Source: an uncultured Chloroflexia bacterium (GTDB taxonomy: Bacteria; Chloroflexota; Anaerolineae; CG2-30-64-16). From it: a stretch of DNA of 64,000 nucleotides. Made by a program: the position numbers and the translations under genes. The stretch lies in NCBI GenBank assembly GCA_963810095.1, contig CAWEMM010000006.1, forward strand, positions 1 to 64,000, written 5' to 3'. The number at the start of each line of letters is the position of its first letter. Within the stretch, counting starts at the first letter, position 1. Below the pieces are notes generated by a model. That model saw nothing but the letters and a program-made list of their open reading frames with translations, searched no databases and was not told the DNA's origin. Positions 1 to 9,359 of the stretch are shown here, piece by piece.

Positions 1-167
1 GTTCTGCCGGGTATAGCCGTATTTATCCTGCAAGGCGTCTGCCAACCGCTCTGCGTGTCCGCCGATCCGTTCCAGATCCTCATCGGTGAGCTTGCCCCAC
101 CATTTTCTGCTCTGTTCACACACCAGGCGCCATGTAGCCTCATCAATGTCGTTGTTCATGTCTTGTC

Positions 168-563
168 TCAAGGCTTCGGGAAGTGCTGGCGAACTTTCGC
201 CACGATCTGGCGCTCTGTCATTTTGTCCGTGGTTTCAACGTCAACGATTCGCCCACTAAGTCCGTCTCGCGAGTCGCTGTTGAAGCTCACCCTTTGCCTC
301 ACCAGGACCAAAGATCAAAATAGCGTCCGCCTCTCGTATGAGCGCGATGACCCTGTCGTAGTACCGGCTGAGCTGGTTTTCAAAGCGCCTGTCTTGTTGA
401 TCCTCTTCCAATGAGGTCCCGGGTCCATCGGACCGCGTGCCCCCGAGTACCGGACATGCTTTTCCATGTCCGACGTGATATGTTCGGTCTTCTCTTCGTC
501 TCCGGAGAGCATGACGATGCTGGCCTGGCTATGATCAATCCACAAACCCGCTGCGCTCTTCAT
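168..563 (-). CDS. eRF1 domain-2-like / host-attachment-like protein (two apparent frameshifts)
   Basis: Starts MKSAAGLWIDHSQA. After a shift near 425 it reads EEDQQDRRFENQLSRYYDRVIALIREADAILIFGPGEAKGEL. After a shift near 270 it reads IVDVETTDKMTERQIVAKVRQHF, stop TGA at 168-170. GxWIDH and GPGEAK are typical of this family. Confidence 0.6.
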
Positions 564-599
564 AGACTTGTGCTCCTTCGCGGAGGCTGGCTTCGCGGC

Positions 600-809
600 T
601 TATTCGTTCGACTCGCCGGCCGGTGTTAGGTTGGCGGCCTTCTCCTTCTCCCTCTTATCCTTCGACGCCTCGCCCGCAGCCTTTACCTTGGCCATCTGAA
701 GGGCCATTGCGCCGCCGGGTTTTCGCCCTGCCTGCTTGAGCCGCCGCAGGTGCGTCCGCTCGCTCTTCGAAGCGCGCTTCGTCTTGGTCCTCTTGACTTC
801 TTCTGCCAT
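600..809 (-). CDS. small basic (Lys/Arg-rich) hypothetical protein, 69 aa
   Basis: AAGGAG RBS before ATG 809; MAEEVKRTKTKRASKSERTHLRRLKQ... Confidence 0.5.
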   Translation of the reverse strand: MAEEVKRTKTKRASKSERTHLRRLKQAGRKPGGAMALQMAKVKAAGEASKDKREKEKAANLTPAGESNE

Positions 810-1049
810 GATTAGGAACTCCTTATTCTGTTGGTGTACTTTGGAGAATGCCTTCCCCCGTGCAGGACATAACTGAACGGGGTCTGGGTGTCGCCGGTGC
901 CAAGGCCGGGTGTTGAGTAACTGGGAGGACGCCCGAAGGCTCGCCTGACGGGCGCCCTCGCAGTTATTAGTTGCATGAGGCACAGCGGATGGGTCGCGAG
1001 GCCGGCGTCCTGCTGTGGGCACGGTGAGATGTGCGTTGCGCACATATGA

Positions 1050-1193
1050 TTACTCCTTCGCCCAACGGGCGATGCGGGCGGCGTAAGCGCGAATGCCCCT
1101 GGCGTCGGTTTCCGTGCTGAACGATCGATCAAGCACGGGCAACAGGGCGAAAGCCAGGACTGCTAGAACGGCAATGATGAGGGGAATGTGCAT
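1050..1193 (-). CDS. 47-aa single-TM small protein (below the ORF-track cutoff)
   Basis: AGGAG RBS, then MHIPLIIAVLAVLAFALLPVLDRSFSTETDARGIRAYAARIARWAKE*; co-oriented downstream of the PRC-barrel gene. Confidence 0.45.
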   Translation of the reverse strand: MHIPLIIAVLAVLAFALLPVLDRSFSTETDARGIRAYAARIARWAKE

Positions 1194-1245
1194 GTTATGC
1201 TCCTACGCTCCGGCAAAGGTCCTAAATCACAGCGATGGTCAGATC

Positions 1246-1764
1246 CTACTCCGCGACTCCCATGACCCCCGGCCGCATCGCAGAGTCGGCAGCCACAACG
1301 ATCATGTCCTCCCCGATGGTGAGCACCTTATCGCCGGCGATTGTCCGAATCTCGCCCACGGTGTTCATGGCCGGGGGGACAGACAGGGAGGTCAGGGCGA
1401 AGGTAATTGGGTCGAATTCATAATCACGCACCTCGCCCACGTGCTCCCCGTTCTCGGTCAGCACCTTGCTACCGATAACCCCGCGCTTGGCTTTCACCAG
1501 GGCGACGGCTTCGGGAGCGTCCGCGGGAGTCCGGGCGTCGGCCTCTGCATCGATCGTAACGGCGTCGTCACCCACGCCATGTATGGCTGCAGTCGATACC
1601 CACAGCCGTTCGCCACCTAGCATCCCCATGCCTCCGCTACGAAGGCGCAGCCAGCCGACCGCCTTGCGCTCAGGGTCAATGACCAGATCGTCGATCTTAC
1701 CGATTTGCTTGCCCTCCGCCATCGTGATGACGGGCAAACCCTTTATGAATTCGTAGCGCGCCAT
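1246..1764 (-). CDS. tandem PRC-barrel domain protein
   Basis: Two PRC repeats (GLPVITMAEGKQIGKIDDLVID; GSKVLTENGEHVGEVRDYEFD); AGGAG RBS. Confidence 0.85.
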   Translation of the reverse strand: MARYEFIKGLPVITMAEGKQIGKIDDLVIDPERKAVGWLRLRSGGMGMLGGERLWVSTAAIHGVGDDAVTIDAEADARTPADAPEAVALVKAKRGVIGSKVLTENGEHVGEVRDYEFDPITFALTSLSVPPAMNTVGEIRTIAGDKVLTIGEDMIVVAADSAMRPGVMGVAE

Positions 1765-1823
1765 GTTTCACTCCTAATCTCGGTTCCTCTGGGGCCCAGA
1801 AGATGGGCTTCCTTGCCATTCTT

Positions 1824-1935
1824 AGCATAGCGGAATGAGATCGTCCTGTCGTCAGCGCAAACGCTACGCTTTTCGCAGCAAAAGGGTCGACCTTTCGGGT
1901 GGCGCCTACAGCTTTTGTTGTATGCTGTTTGGGGG
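1824..1935 (-). promoter_or_regulatory. repeated promoter module, copy 1 (upstream of PRC-barrel operon)
   Basis: Minus-strand -10 TATGCT (1824-1829), 17-bp spacer, ACGACA, dyad AGCGCAAACGCT (1854-1865, + strand), upstream TACAnCAAA boxes. Confidence 0.65.
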
Positions 1936-1954
1936 CTACTCCACACTGCGGAGA

Positions 1955-2440
1955 TTACCTTGACCAGGCCGAGCGTATCCACACGCCAATGCGAAGTAAC
2001 GAGGCCCCTAACACCAGCAAGAGCAGAGACGGCACCCCGGCATCTTGTAGGGTGGCCCCGCCTGTAACGGGCAAGGTGGTGGGTCTGATCGGCACGTCCA
2101 GATGCGAGATCAAGGTCTGGTCGCTCGTGCCGCTTGCCGGGTTGAAGACCATACCGTCCACCGGGATGAAGGTAACGCTTTCGCTCGACGTATTCAGAAC
2201 CACGAGGTCGGCCGTCCCAGTGTAGGGGAGCAGTTCTGAATGCACCGTATCGCTGATCGGTTTGAAGTTCTCGAACGTGACCTTGACGCTGCCCTGGGAG
2301 ACTGCGGATTCAAGGGTGTTGGTAGGCACTGGCGAAACTGTGAGCTTGAGGGAGTCACTATAGATCTGTTGCGCCAGGACGTAGCCAACGCCGGCGACAT
2401 CATGGAAAGTCCCATCGGCGGCACGCCAAATGGCCAGTTG
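1955..2440 (-). pseudogene. C-terminal remnant of an LPxTG-type surface protein
   Basis: Ends TLPVTGG, then hydrophobic stretch and basic tail. The ORF-track start (2473) overlaps promoter copy 2, and there is no credible start or RBS. Confidence 0.45.
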
Positions 2441-2548
2441 AGTCAGCAGGGTGCGGCGCTGTCGTCGGCGCAAACGCTAGGTCCTTCACTGCAAAAGGCG
2501 CGGCTTTGTGGCGTTGCTCGCGGCTTTGGATGTACGGTGTTTGGTGTA
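2436..2548 (-). promoter_or_regulatory. repeated promoter module, copy 2 (degenerate -10)
   Basis: TGTCGTCGGCGCAAACGCT at 2460-2478 and CTTTGGATGTACGGTGTTTGGTGTA ending at 2548, same spacing as the other copies. Confidence 0.6.
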
Positions 2549-2610
2549 TTTTTGGGCATAACCTTTCATAATCACTCCTTCAGCGCACGATTTGGACATC
2601 GCCGGAAGGA

Positions 2611-3731
2611 CTAACACGGACTCTTCGCCGATCTCTTCGCCTGGCTGGCCAGATAGACCGCCTGGCGCAGCCGGTTGATCCCGCCCATCGGCCGATGCTC
2701 GGCCAGGGCATTCCAGGGCGAGAACGCCATCGTCTCACATTCTTCGGCCAATTCACGCCCCTCCGGCGAATCGAGGTCCTGGACACCGATCGTGAGCGTT
2801 GCTACAGGGATCGGCTGCGAGACCTCTTCATCCCACTCGACGGACGTATCTTCGACCGGCATCGCTACCGGGTTCGTCTGAGGTTGAACTCGGAAGTCGA
2901 AGACGGCTTCCTGGGTTTTCAGGTACCTGCTCAGGGTCTGGGCCAGGTAGTCGTTGCGCTTGCCCTTGGGAGCGCTGGGTGGCGCCGTCGCTCCGAAGCG
3001 GGGCACGAGCGAGTATTTTACGGCGTGACCGCCGGCCGTTCCGGCGGGACCGAGCCAGTAAGGCGAGCCGCTCCAATACGTCAGGAGCGGGCTTGCGACG
3101 ACTTCGAGCAGGATTTCGGTGGCGCTCGTCGCGTGCCGGGGGTGGAAGAGCGCAAGCCAGGCCGCGGCCAGCAGATCACCGGCCATCGACGCGGGACGGA
3201 TGACGCCGCTCAGGAGTCCCGTGACGATCTTGCGACTCCGACCGTGGAAAAGCGCAAGCCACGTCGCAGCCACCAACTCGCCCATCGCGCGCGGCTTTCC
3301 GCGGATGTCGAAGAACTTCACGTATTCGGCGGGCGTCCCGAACGGGAACACCGGGTGGTTGACGGTCAGGAAATCCTGGCAGCGGCCTAAGGCGCCGGGG
3401 ATAGCCGGGGCACCCTCCACATCCAGCAGCTTGATCGCCATCCCGCCGCGATGCCCAGAGCATCAGGGGCCATGGTCTCCGCCGCGTTGGAGAAGCGGAC
3501 GATCGCCTGAAAGGTCCTATTTGGCTGGTGGAAAACGCCATGACGCAAGCCGTCGGCTACATCGTCGCGTATTGTGAACACCCCCCGAACACAACCGGTC
3601 GCCTTGGCATGCTGGCCGCGGCGCATATGGCCCTGCCGGGGCTCCATCCGCTCGATGGCCAGCCTGACCATGTCCACGATGAGCTTCGCCTCGCCCGGCT
3701 CTGGATACTCGCAGTTCAGCTCGGGGTTCAT
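2611..3731 (-). CDS. catalase-family (catalase-like heme) protein, frameshift near 3460
   Basis: RGQHAKATGCVRG, IVRFSN, GMAIKL, QDFLTVNHPVF, FSPWNALAEHRPMGGINRLRQAVY across ORFs 3387-3734 and 2611-3441. Confidence 0.8.
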
Positions 3732-3845
3732 CAACAGATCCTCTCACTTATCCGGGGACGGGCCATGCCCCGAAAGGCAGCACCCGTCCGCCGGAGTCCG
3801 CTGGCACTCCTCACCGAGCGGTCCGAGTTGCTTGCAGGCCACCCA

Positions 3846-4349
3846 TCAGCGCGTCGCTTCGTGAATGGCACCCTTGACGGTCTTCTTCACGTCGTGAGCG
3901 GCACCCTCAACGGTCTTCGTCATCGCGTGAATGGCACCCGTCACGGTCTTCGTCATCTCGTGAATGGCACCCGTAACGGTTTTTGTCAATTCGCGAGCGA
4001 CAGTCTTGACGGTCGTCGTCACTTTGCGAGCGGCATCCTTGGCATCGTTCTCGGCGTCGTGAGCGGCATCTTTGACGGTCGTCGTCACCTTGCGAGCGGC
4101 ATCCTTGGCATCGTTCCCAGCGTCGTGAGCGGCATCCTTGACGGTCGCCGTCATTTTGCGAGCGGCATCCTTGACATCGTTCTCGGCGTCGTGAGCAGCG
4201 TCCTTGACGTCGTGAGAAGTGTCCTTGACGTCGTTCTTCACGTTGTCGGTGGTGCTCTTGACGTCGTTCTTCACGTTGTGAGCGGTGTTCTTGACTTCGT
4301 TCGTCAAGTCTTGGACGGTATCGTTAGCCTTCTGAGTGTTGTCCGACAT
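3846..4349 (-). CDS. LEA-like 11-residue repeat protein
   Basis: Tandem 11-mers (KDAAHDAENDA / KDAARKVTTTV) from 33-bp DNA repeats; hydrophilic, no aromatic residues. Confidence 0.7.
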   Translation of the reverse strand: MSDNTQKANDTVQDLTNEVKNTAHNVKNDVKSTTDNVKNDVKDTSHDVKDAAHDAENDVKDAARKMTATVKDAAHDAGNDAKDAARKVTTTVKDAAHDAENDAKDAARKVTTTVKTVARELTKTVTGAIHEMTKTVTGAIHAMTKTVEGAAHDVKKTVKGAIHEATR

Positions 4350-4566
4350 ATCTCTCTCCCGACTGCTGAAATGGCGAGCTGCAATCAGCCAGGTCTACCT
4401 GGCACGAGTGTCGAATTGACTTGTTGTCGTCCGGGCGACGCGAGTCGGCCATGAGTAGCGCCACCACCTAGACCAGCACCCAGGCGATCAGGGCTACCCC
4501 TTCCTTTTCCTGAGAGACGGCAATTTCCGCCCAACTATCTGGACATTCGCTCGTTCTTTCGTTCAC

Positions 4567-4678
4567 AGACTACCAGAACGGTGCGGCACCGTCGTCAGCG
4601 TAAACGCTTGGCTTACCGCATCAAAAAGGCCGCCTTTGCGGCGGCCCTCAAGGCTTTTGATGTACGGTGTTTGGCGTA
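4567..4678 (-). promoter_or_regulatory. repeated promoter module, copy 3
   Basis: Extended -10 TG-G-TAGTCT (4567-4572), 17-bp spacer, ACGACG, dyad AGCGTAAACGCT (4597-4608), GGCCGCC hairpin, TACGCCAAACACCGTACATCAAAAGC. Confidence 0.65.
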
Positions 4679-4720
4679 TCAGTTCGGGAACCGGCTCTCG
4701 CCAGATCACATTACCCCGGT

Positions 4721-5032
4721 CTAGCGTCGGATGCGGTTGCGGTTGCGGTAGCCGCCGCCGAAGTGCGCGCCAAGGTCGATGGCCAGACCGAGGCCCAGCC
4801 AGAGCCAGTCCTGACCCACGACGCCTCCCGGAAAGACGATGAGATACGCCAATGTCGTCCACGGCACGAGGATTGCGCCCACCAACGGCCAGACCCACGC
4901 CGGAAAGGCAAGATTGAGCGGATGCGGCCATGAGGCGAACGCCTGGCTGATGCGGGTCGAATCGACGAACCACCAGGCAACAATGGCCAGCCGTGGCCCC
5001 AGCAATAGCAGCGCAGTGACGAGACAGCACAT
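4721..5032 (-). CDS. small membrane protein
   Basis: GAGGAGG RBS; MCCLVTALLLLGPRLAIVAWW...GAILVPWTTLAY...DLGAHFGGGY, about three hydrophobic segments. Confidence 0.7.
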   Translation of the reverse strand: MCCLVTALLLLGPRLAIVAWWFVDSTRISQAFASWPHPLNLAFPAWVWPLVGAILVPWTTLAYLIVFPGGVVGQDWLWLGLGLAIDLGAHFGGGYRNRNRIRR

Positions 5033-5181
5033 GTTTCCTCCTCGTGAAGGTGTATCGACACGGCGGAGCCGCACTTTAGGCACACCTCCTTAGCGATCAG
5101 CCGGACCTGGACGTTTTGGCAACTTCGCCTTGCCCGGGGTTGCACGCCGCCTACGCTCTTCAGCCAGCCGCGTGTCCCCCT

Positions 5182-5742
5182 TTACTTTGTCCGCTTTTGA
5201 AGGCGCTCGATTTCAGCCAGCACATCTTCGGGCTTGGTCTCCATTTCGAGATCGGCCAATTCGCTGTCCTCGTCGGCCTCGATTCCCAATTTGTCCTGGA
5301 TGATCTCGAGCATTTGCAGCACTCGGGTCAACTCATGCTCGGTCAGCAGACCAATCTGCATGTCCAGATCCACGCGATACTCGGCCTCGCGGCTCAAACG
5401 ATTTTGGCTGATCAGCACAAAGGTGGACAAGAAAATCGCTTCCAGCGACACGACCATAGTCAAGAGTCCGTACGGAAACGGGTCGAAGGACGGCACTCCA
5501 AAACGTCCGGTATTGAGCAAGATCCAGACACTGAACCAGATAAAGTGCGCGTACACAAAGATCATGCGGCCCGAAACCGAGGTGATTGCATCGGCAGTCC
5601 GGTCCTGCAGGCCGCGCTTGCGGTCCGCCTCCAGCCGCAGCTTGATAATTGTGCGAATGTTCCGCTCGACGACGTTGCTAAGGCGCGGATTGTCTTCAGC
5701 ATTGTCTGCCGTTTTCAGCTGATTCAGAAGACTTTGCTTCAT
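5182..5742 (-). CDS. DUF1003 domain membrane protein
   Basis: Signature FDPFPYGLLTMVVSLEAIFLSTFVLISQNR. Confidence 0.85.
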   Translation of the reverse strand: MKQSLLNQLKTADNAEDNPRLSNVVERNIRTIIKLRLEADRKRGLQDRTADAITSVSGRMIFVYAHFIWFSVWILLNTGRFGVPSFDPFPYGLLTMVVSLEAIFLSTFVLISQNRLSREAEYRVDLDMQIGLLTEHELTRVLQMLEIIQDKLGIEADEDSELADLEMETKPEDVLAEIERLQKRTK

Positions 5743-5965
5743 AGGACAGAGACCCTTTGGCCTTCCACAGTGCCCTAATCAATAGGATGTGCGGTAACAC
5801 GCCCGCGGCATAGCATTGCGAACGTCATCCCGCGGGGAAGGCCGGCCGTGCTTAATGCGGCTGGCTAGCCCCCGACCCAGGCGTCTGTCAGGGCGTGTTG
5901 CAGGCCGCCAGACGGGATCTCGCGTTGAACGGCATCGGTCCGTCCTACTTTCCTCTGAGCGTGCT

Positions 5966-7471
5966 CTACTGGGAACGAGCCTTTCTGAAATCGATGTATC
6001 CTCGCTCGACGTCCACAGCCATCAGTTGGACCTGAATCCGGTCGCCGACATCCAGGCCTGTGAACCCTTGCACCACCCTGCCTTCAACAGGGATGCTGAG
6101 CAACCTGGCCCAGGTGCCCTTCTCGGATGCGCCCGTTACAATGGCGCCAAACTGTTCGCCGATACGGCATTCCAGGAGGAGCGCGGCCGCAGACTTGCCG
6201 ACCTGCCGTTCGACCTTGTTCGCGGCATCCTCTTCTTCCGTGAAATGCCTGGCCAGCACCTCCAGTTCAGAATAGCTGTAGGGCGCGTCTGCCCCCGATA
6301 GGGCGGCCTTCAATAAGCGTTGCGTGACCAGATCAGGATAGCGGCGATTCGGGGCGGTGGAATGGGCATAGTCCTGGACCGCGAGACCGAAGTGGCCCGG
6401 AGCTGCGTCCCCGGGCATTTCAGCCAGGTATTCGCCCGCGCCCAGGAGTTTGATCACCGCGAGTGAGAGGTCGGGGAAGCTGATCGGGTCGGCGGCTCTC
6501 TCCGAGATCAGAAACTCATCCAAGGCTTTTGGATCTGGGTCGCCGGGCAGCGTGCTACCGTGTGCCTGGGCCAGCTCGACAATCCTGCTCCAGCGCTTTG
6601 GCGCGCGCACCACTCGACGGATGGAAGGAAATCCCCTCGCGGCGAGATACCGAGCAGTCACGCCGTTGGCTGCGATCATGAAATCCTCGATGATCTGCTT
6701 GGCGCGGTTCTTCCCTTCGACTTGGAGATCACAGAGTCGATCGCCGTCAAAGACCGGTTTCGCCTCGATGGTTTCCAGGCTCAACGCCCCGCGTACGTGC
6801 CGCAGATTCTTCAGGCCCTGGGCGATCCAGTCCTGCACGCGCAGAGTCGCATCCAGCCCGTTGACGGTCGCGATCCCCTCGGGGAGGGCGCCGTTTCCGT
6901 CCAGCCAGGCTGCCACGCTGTTGTAGGCGAGCTTCGCACGATTGCGGACGTGTGCCCGGTAAATCTCCGCGCCCAGCAAGGAGCCGTCCGCCGCGACGAT
7001 CATTTCCACAACCACCGCCAGGCGTTCCTCCTCGAGGTTCAAGGAGGTGAGATCGGTCGAGAGCTTTTCGGGCAGCATGGGGAAGACTCCGGCGGCTGTA
7101 TACACCGAGGTCGTGTTGTGGCGCGCGTGTTCGTCAACGGCTGATCCGTCCTTAACCAGCGCATCTACGTCAGAGACAGCCACGCGAATCTTAACCTTGT
7201 CTTCGGGCAGGCTTTCGGCAACGGTGAGTTGGTCGAGGTCGCGGGAGTCATCGTTGTCGATGGAAGCCCACAAGAGGTCCGTCAGGTCACGCATCCCTTG
7301 GGGGCCTCCCGCAGAGTCGGCGACCCCGTCAGCGGGCGCATTGATCGTGTCAACTTCGGCGAGTGCGGCAGCTGAAAAGTCGGGGAGCAAGCCTCTCTCA
7401 AGCATCGCCCTGTGGGCAATGCTCTCGAGAATTGCGCGATGCTGCTGGTCGGTGTGTTGTGTTTGTGACAT
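5966..7471 (-). CDS. RNB-domain exoribonuclease (RNase II/R family) with C-terminal S1 domain
   Basis: SIDNDDSRDLDQ catalytic motif, EDFMIAAN, HFGLAVQDYAHSTAPNRRYPDL; ATG 7471 with GGAG RBS; short N-terminus lacking obvious cold-shock domains. Confidence 0.9.
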   Translation of the reverse strand: MSQTQHTDQQHRAILESIAHRAMLERGLLPDFSAAALAEVDTINAPADGVADSAGGPQGMRDLTDLLWASIDNDDSRDLDQLTVAESLPEDKVKIRVAVSDVDALVKDGSAVDEHARHNTTSVYTAAGVFPMLPEKLSTDLTSLNLEEERLAVVVEMIVAADGSLLGAEIYRAHVRNRAKLAYNSVAAWLDGNGALPEGIATVNGLDATLRVQDWIAQGLKNLRHVRGALSLETIEAKPVFDGDRLCDLQVEGKNRAKQIIEDFMIAANGVTARYLAARGFPSIRRVVRAPKRWSRIVELAQAHGSTLPGDPDPKALDEFLISERAADPISFPDLSLAVIKLLGAGEYLAEMPGDAAPGHFGLAVQDYAHSTAPNRRYPDLVTQRLLKAALSGADAPYSYSELEVLARHFTEEEDAANKVERQVGKSAAALLLECRIGEQFGAIVTGASEKGTWARLLSIPVEGRVVQGFTGLDVGDRIQVQLMAVDVERGYIDFRKARSQ

Positions 7472-7901
7472 CAAAGTTGCTCCACTCGTGCTAGCGGCGC
7501 CTGCCTGTGTCGCCGAAACGAACCGGCTCACAATGCGCGACCCGCGCAGCCGGCCCATGCATACCCATAGACGACTCGCCCAGCAAGCCCCAGGCGCTGC
7601 CCAGCAGGTGATCGCCCGCCAGGAACAGGATCAAGACCGTTGCCCCGATGACAACGCCGTTGCCGGTCTGGGTGAAGCCCCATATAAGCCTGTCCTAGCC
7701 AGCGTAGGTGGCGCCACGATGTACCTCCTGCCGGAGCGTCTTTAGTTGGCACGTTCCGGGCGAATCCCTATTGATAGCTCACTGACAGGACAGCCGTTGA
7801 GCAGAAAGGCAGTAACATGCGGGCCGGCGAAGGCAGTGGAGCAGGGATGCTCCGCCTCCTCGGCCCGCATGACATGGTCCGATTTACTTGTGGCCCACCC
7901 C

Positions 7902-8120
7902 TCAGTTCGTCGCGTTGTGAACGGCATCCTTGGTGTTGTTCTTTACGTCGTGAACGACGTCCTTGATCTGATTCTTCACGTCGTGAGCGGCGTCCTTGAC
8001 GTCATTCTTCGCATCGTGAGCCGCGTCCTTGACGTCATTCTTCGCATCGTGAGCCGCGTCCTTGACGTCGTTCTTCGCATCATTGGCCGCATCCTCGGCC
8101 TTCCGTGCATTGCTTGACAT
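7902..8120 (-). CDS. short LEA-like 11-residue repeat protein, paralog of 3846-4349
   Basis: AKNDVKDAAHD repeats; GGAGG RBS. Confidence 0.65.
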   Translation of the reverse strand: MSSNARKAEDAANDAKNDVKDAAHDAKNDVKDAAHDAKNDVKDAAHDVKNQIKDVVHDVKNNTKDAVHNATN

Positions 8121-8177
8121 TCATCCCTCCAATGGGTGAGATGGCGAATCGCAGCACGCAGATTCGCCGGTTCAGGC

Positions 8178-8444
8178 TTACGCTAGTCGTCTGCGACCGC
8201 CAACAGCCCGCAGAATGGCGAGCAGAATCACCGCGCCGACAAAGGCAACGAGGATACTGGTGATGTTGATGCCGTTCACTGCGTCCGGCATCTTCAGCAA
8301 CGTTGAGGCCAGGAAGCCGCCAATCAGGGCGCCCACCACGCCCACGATGATGTCGCCGATGAGGCCGTAGCCACCACCGCGCATTACCCGGCTGGCCAAC
8401 CAACCGGCAATCAACCCAACGACGAGCCATGCGAGGATACCCAT
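8178..8444 (-). CDS. GlsB/YeaQ/YmgE family stress-response membrane protein
   Basis: MGILAWLVVGLIAGWLASRVMRGGGYGLIGDIIVGVVGALIGGFL. Confidence 0.9.
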   Translation of the reverse strand: MGILAWLVVGLIAGWLASRVMRGGGYGLIGDIIVGVVGALIGGFLASTLLKMPDAVNGINITSILVAFVGAVILLAILRAVGGRRRLA

Positions 8445-8515
8445 AGTTTCGCCCTTCCTTTTGCTGAAAGACGGCATCTCTGCCGGTCTGGAAGATCGCT
8501 CTTCCCTCCATTCAC

Positions 8516-8628
8516 AGGTTAGCAGAAGGGTGTGGTGCTGTCGTCAGCGCAAGCGCTTGCTCTTTCATAGCAGAAGGGCCGCCCTTGGGTGCGGCCCTTC
8601 ATGCTTTTGATGTATGGCGTTTGATGTA
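8516..8628 (-). promoter_or_regulatory. repeated promoter module, copy 4
   Basis: Extended -10 TG-C-TAACCT (8516-8521), 17-bp spacer, ACGACA, dyad AGCGCAAGCGCT (8546-8557), tandem TACATCAAA boxes. Confidence 0.65.
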
Positions 8629-8665
8629 CCGACTCGGGAAGTGAGCCAGGCGCCCGGTAAGCCGG

Positions 8666-9359
8666 TTATTCGCCTTCGCTGTTTGACCCAGCGGACGCTT
8701 CGCTATCGGCGTCGAGGCCTTCCCGCACGGCGTAGAGCGCGGCCTGCGTCCGGCTCGCGAGGTGCAGCTTGCCCAGGATGCGGCTCACGTGCGCGCGTAC
8801 CGTCGGCTCGCTAATGGAGATCTGGTCCGCGATGTCCTGGTTGCTTAGTCCCTGCGCGATGAGGCGGAGGACGTCCATTTCTCGTGGGGTCAGGGGTTCG
8901 GGGGCCGGAAGCCGCTCGGCGGGATGCGCGACCTCCTGCAGCAACTTGCGCGCGATGGTCGGGTGAAGTGAAGGCTCCCCGCGGTGCACCTGCCGGATCG
9001 CACGTACCAGGTCGTCGGGCGATGAGTCTTTGAGCAAGTAGCCGGATGCCCCGGCCTTGATGGCCGGGAAGACCTTGGCATCAGCCGCGAAGCTGGTCAA
9101 CACCAGGACACGCACATCGGCCTGGCTCCGGGTGATCTCGCGGGTCGCCTCGATGCCGTCCATCACAGGCATTACCAGGTCCATTAGGATGACGTCGGGA
9201 TGCGTTTCGGCCGCGCTGTACCGCTTCCTGCCCGTCGACGGCTTCTGCCACAACCTCGAAACCTGGCGTCTCCGAAAGCAAGGCACGGATGCCTTTGCGC
9301 ACAATGGCATGATCGTCGGCGATCAGCACGCGGATGAAGGCGGTAGACTTGCCGGTCAC
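8666..9359 (-). CDS. NarL/LuxR-family response regulator, frameshift near 9220
   Basis: [32 protein letters not shown], Lux[26 protein letters not shown]...[13 protein letters not shown]. Confidence 0.9.

Noticed and set aside
3900-4300. 33-bp repeats as a CRISPR array
   Set aside because: Contiguous in-frame coding repeats without unique spacers; no cas genes in the window.
4409-4440. TGTCGAATTG as a third copy of the cassette promoter
   Set aside because: Mismatched -35 half, no GGGWACA at the 13-bp spacing, and it points away from the local genes.
3528-4454. 308-aa plus-strand hydrophobic repeat ORF (also 7746-8117)
   Set aside because: Antisense shadow of the LEA-like genes, which have RBSs and match the strand of the cluster.
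7375-7387. AAAAGTCGGGGAG match to the att region as a left att site
   Set aside because: Only 13 bp and inside the intact RNB coding sequence; probably chance.
7500-7700. PAP2-like membrane gene fragment (WGFTQTGNGVVIG...) on the minus strand
   Set aside because: Too short, with no start or catalytic motifs.
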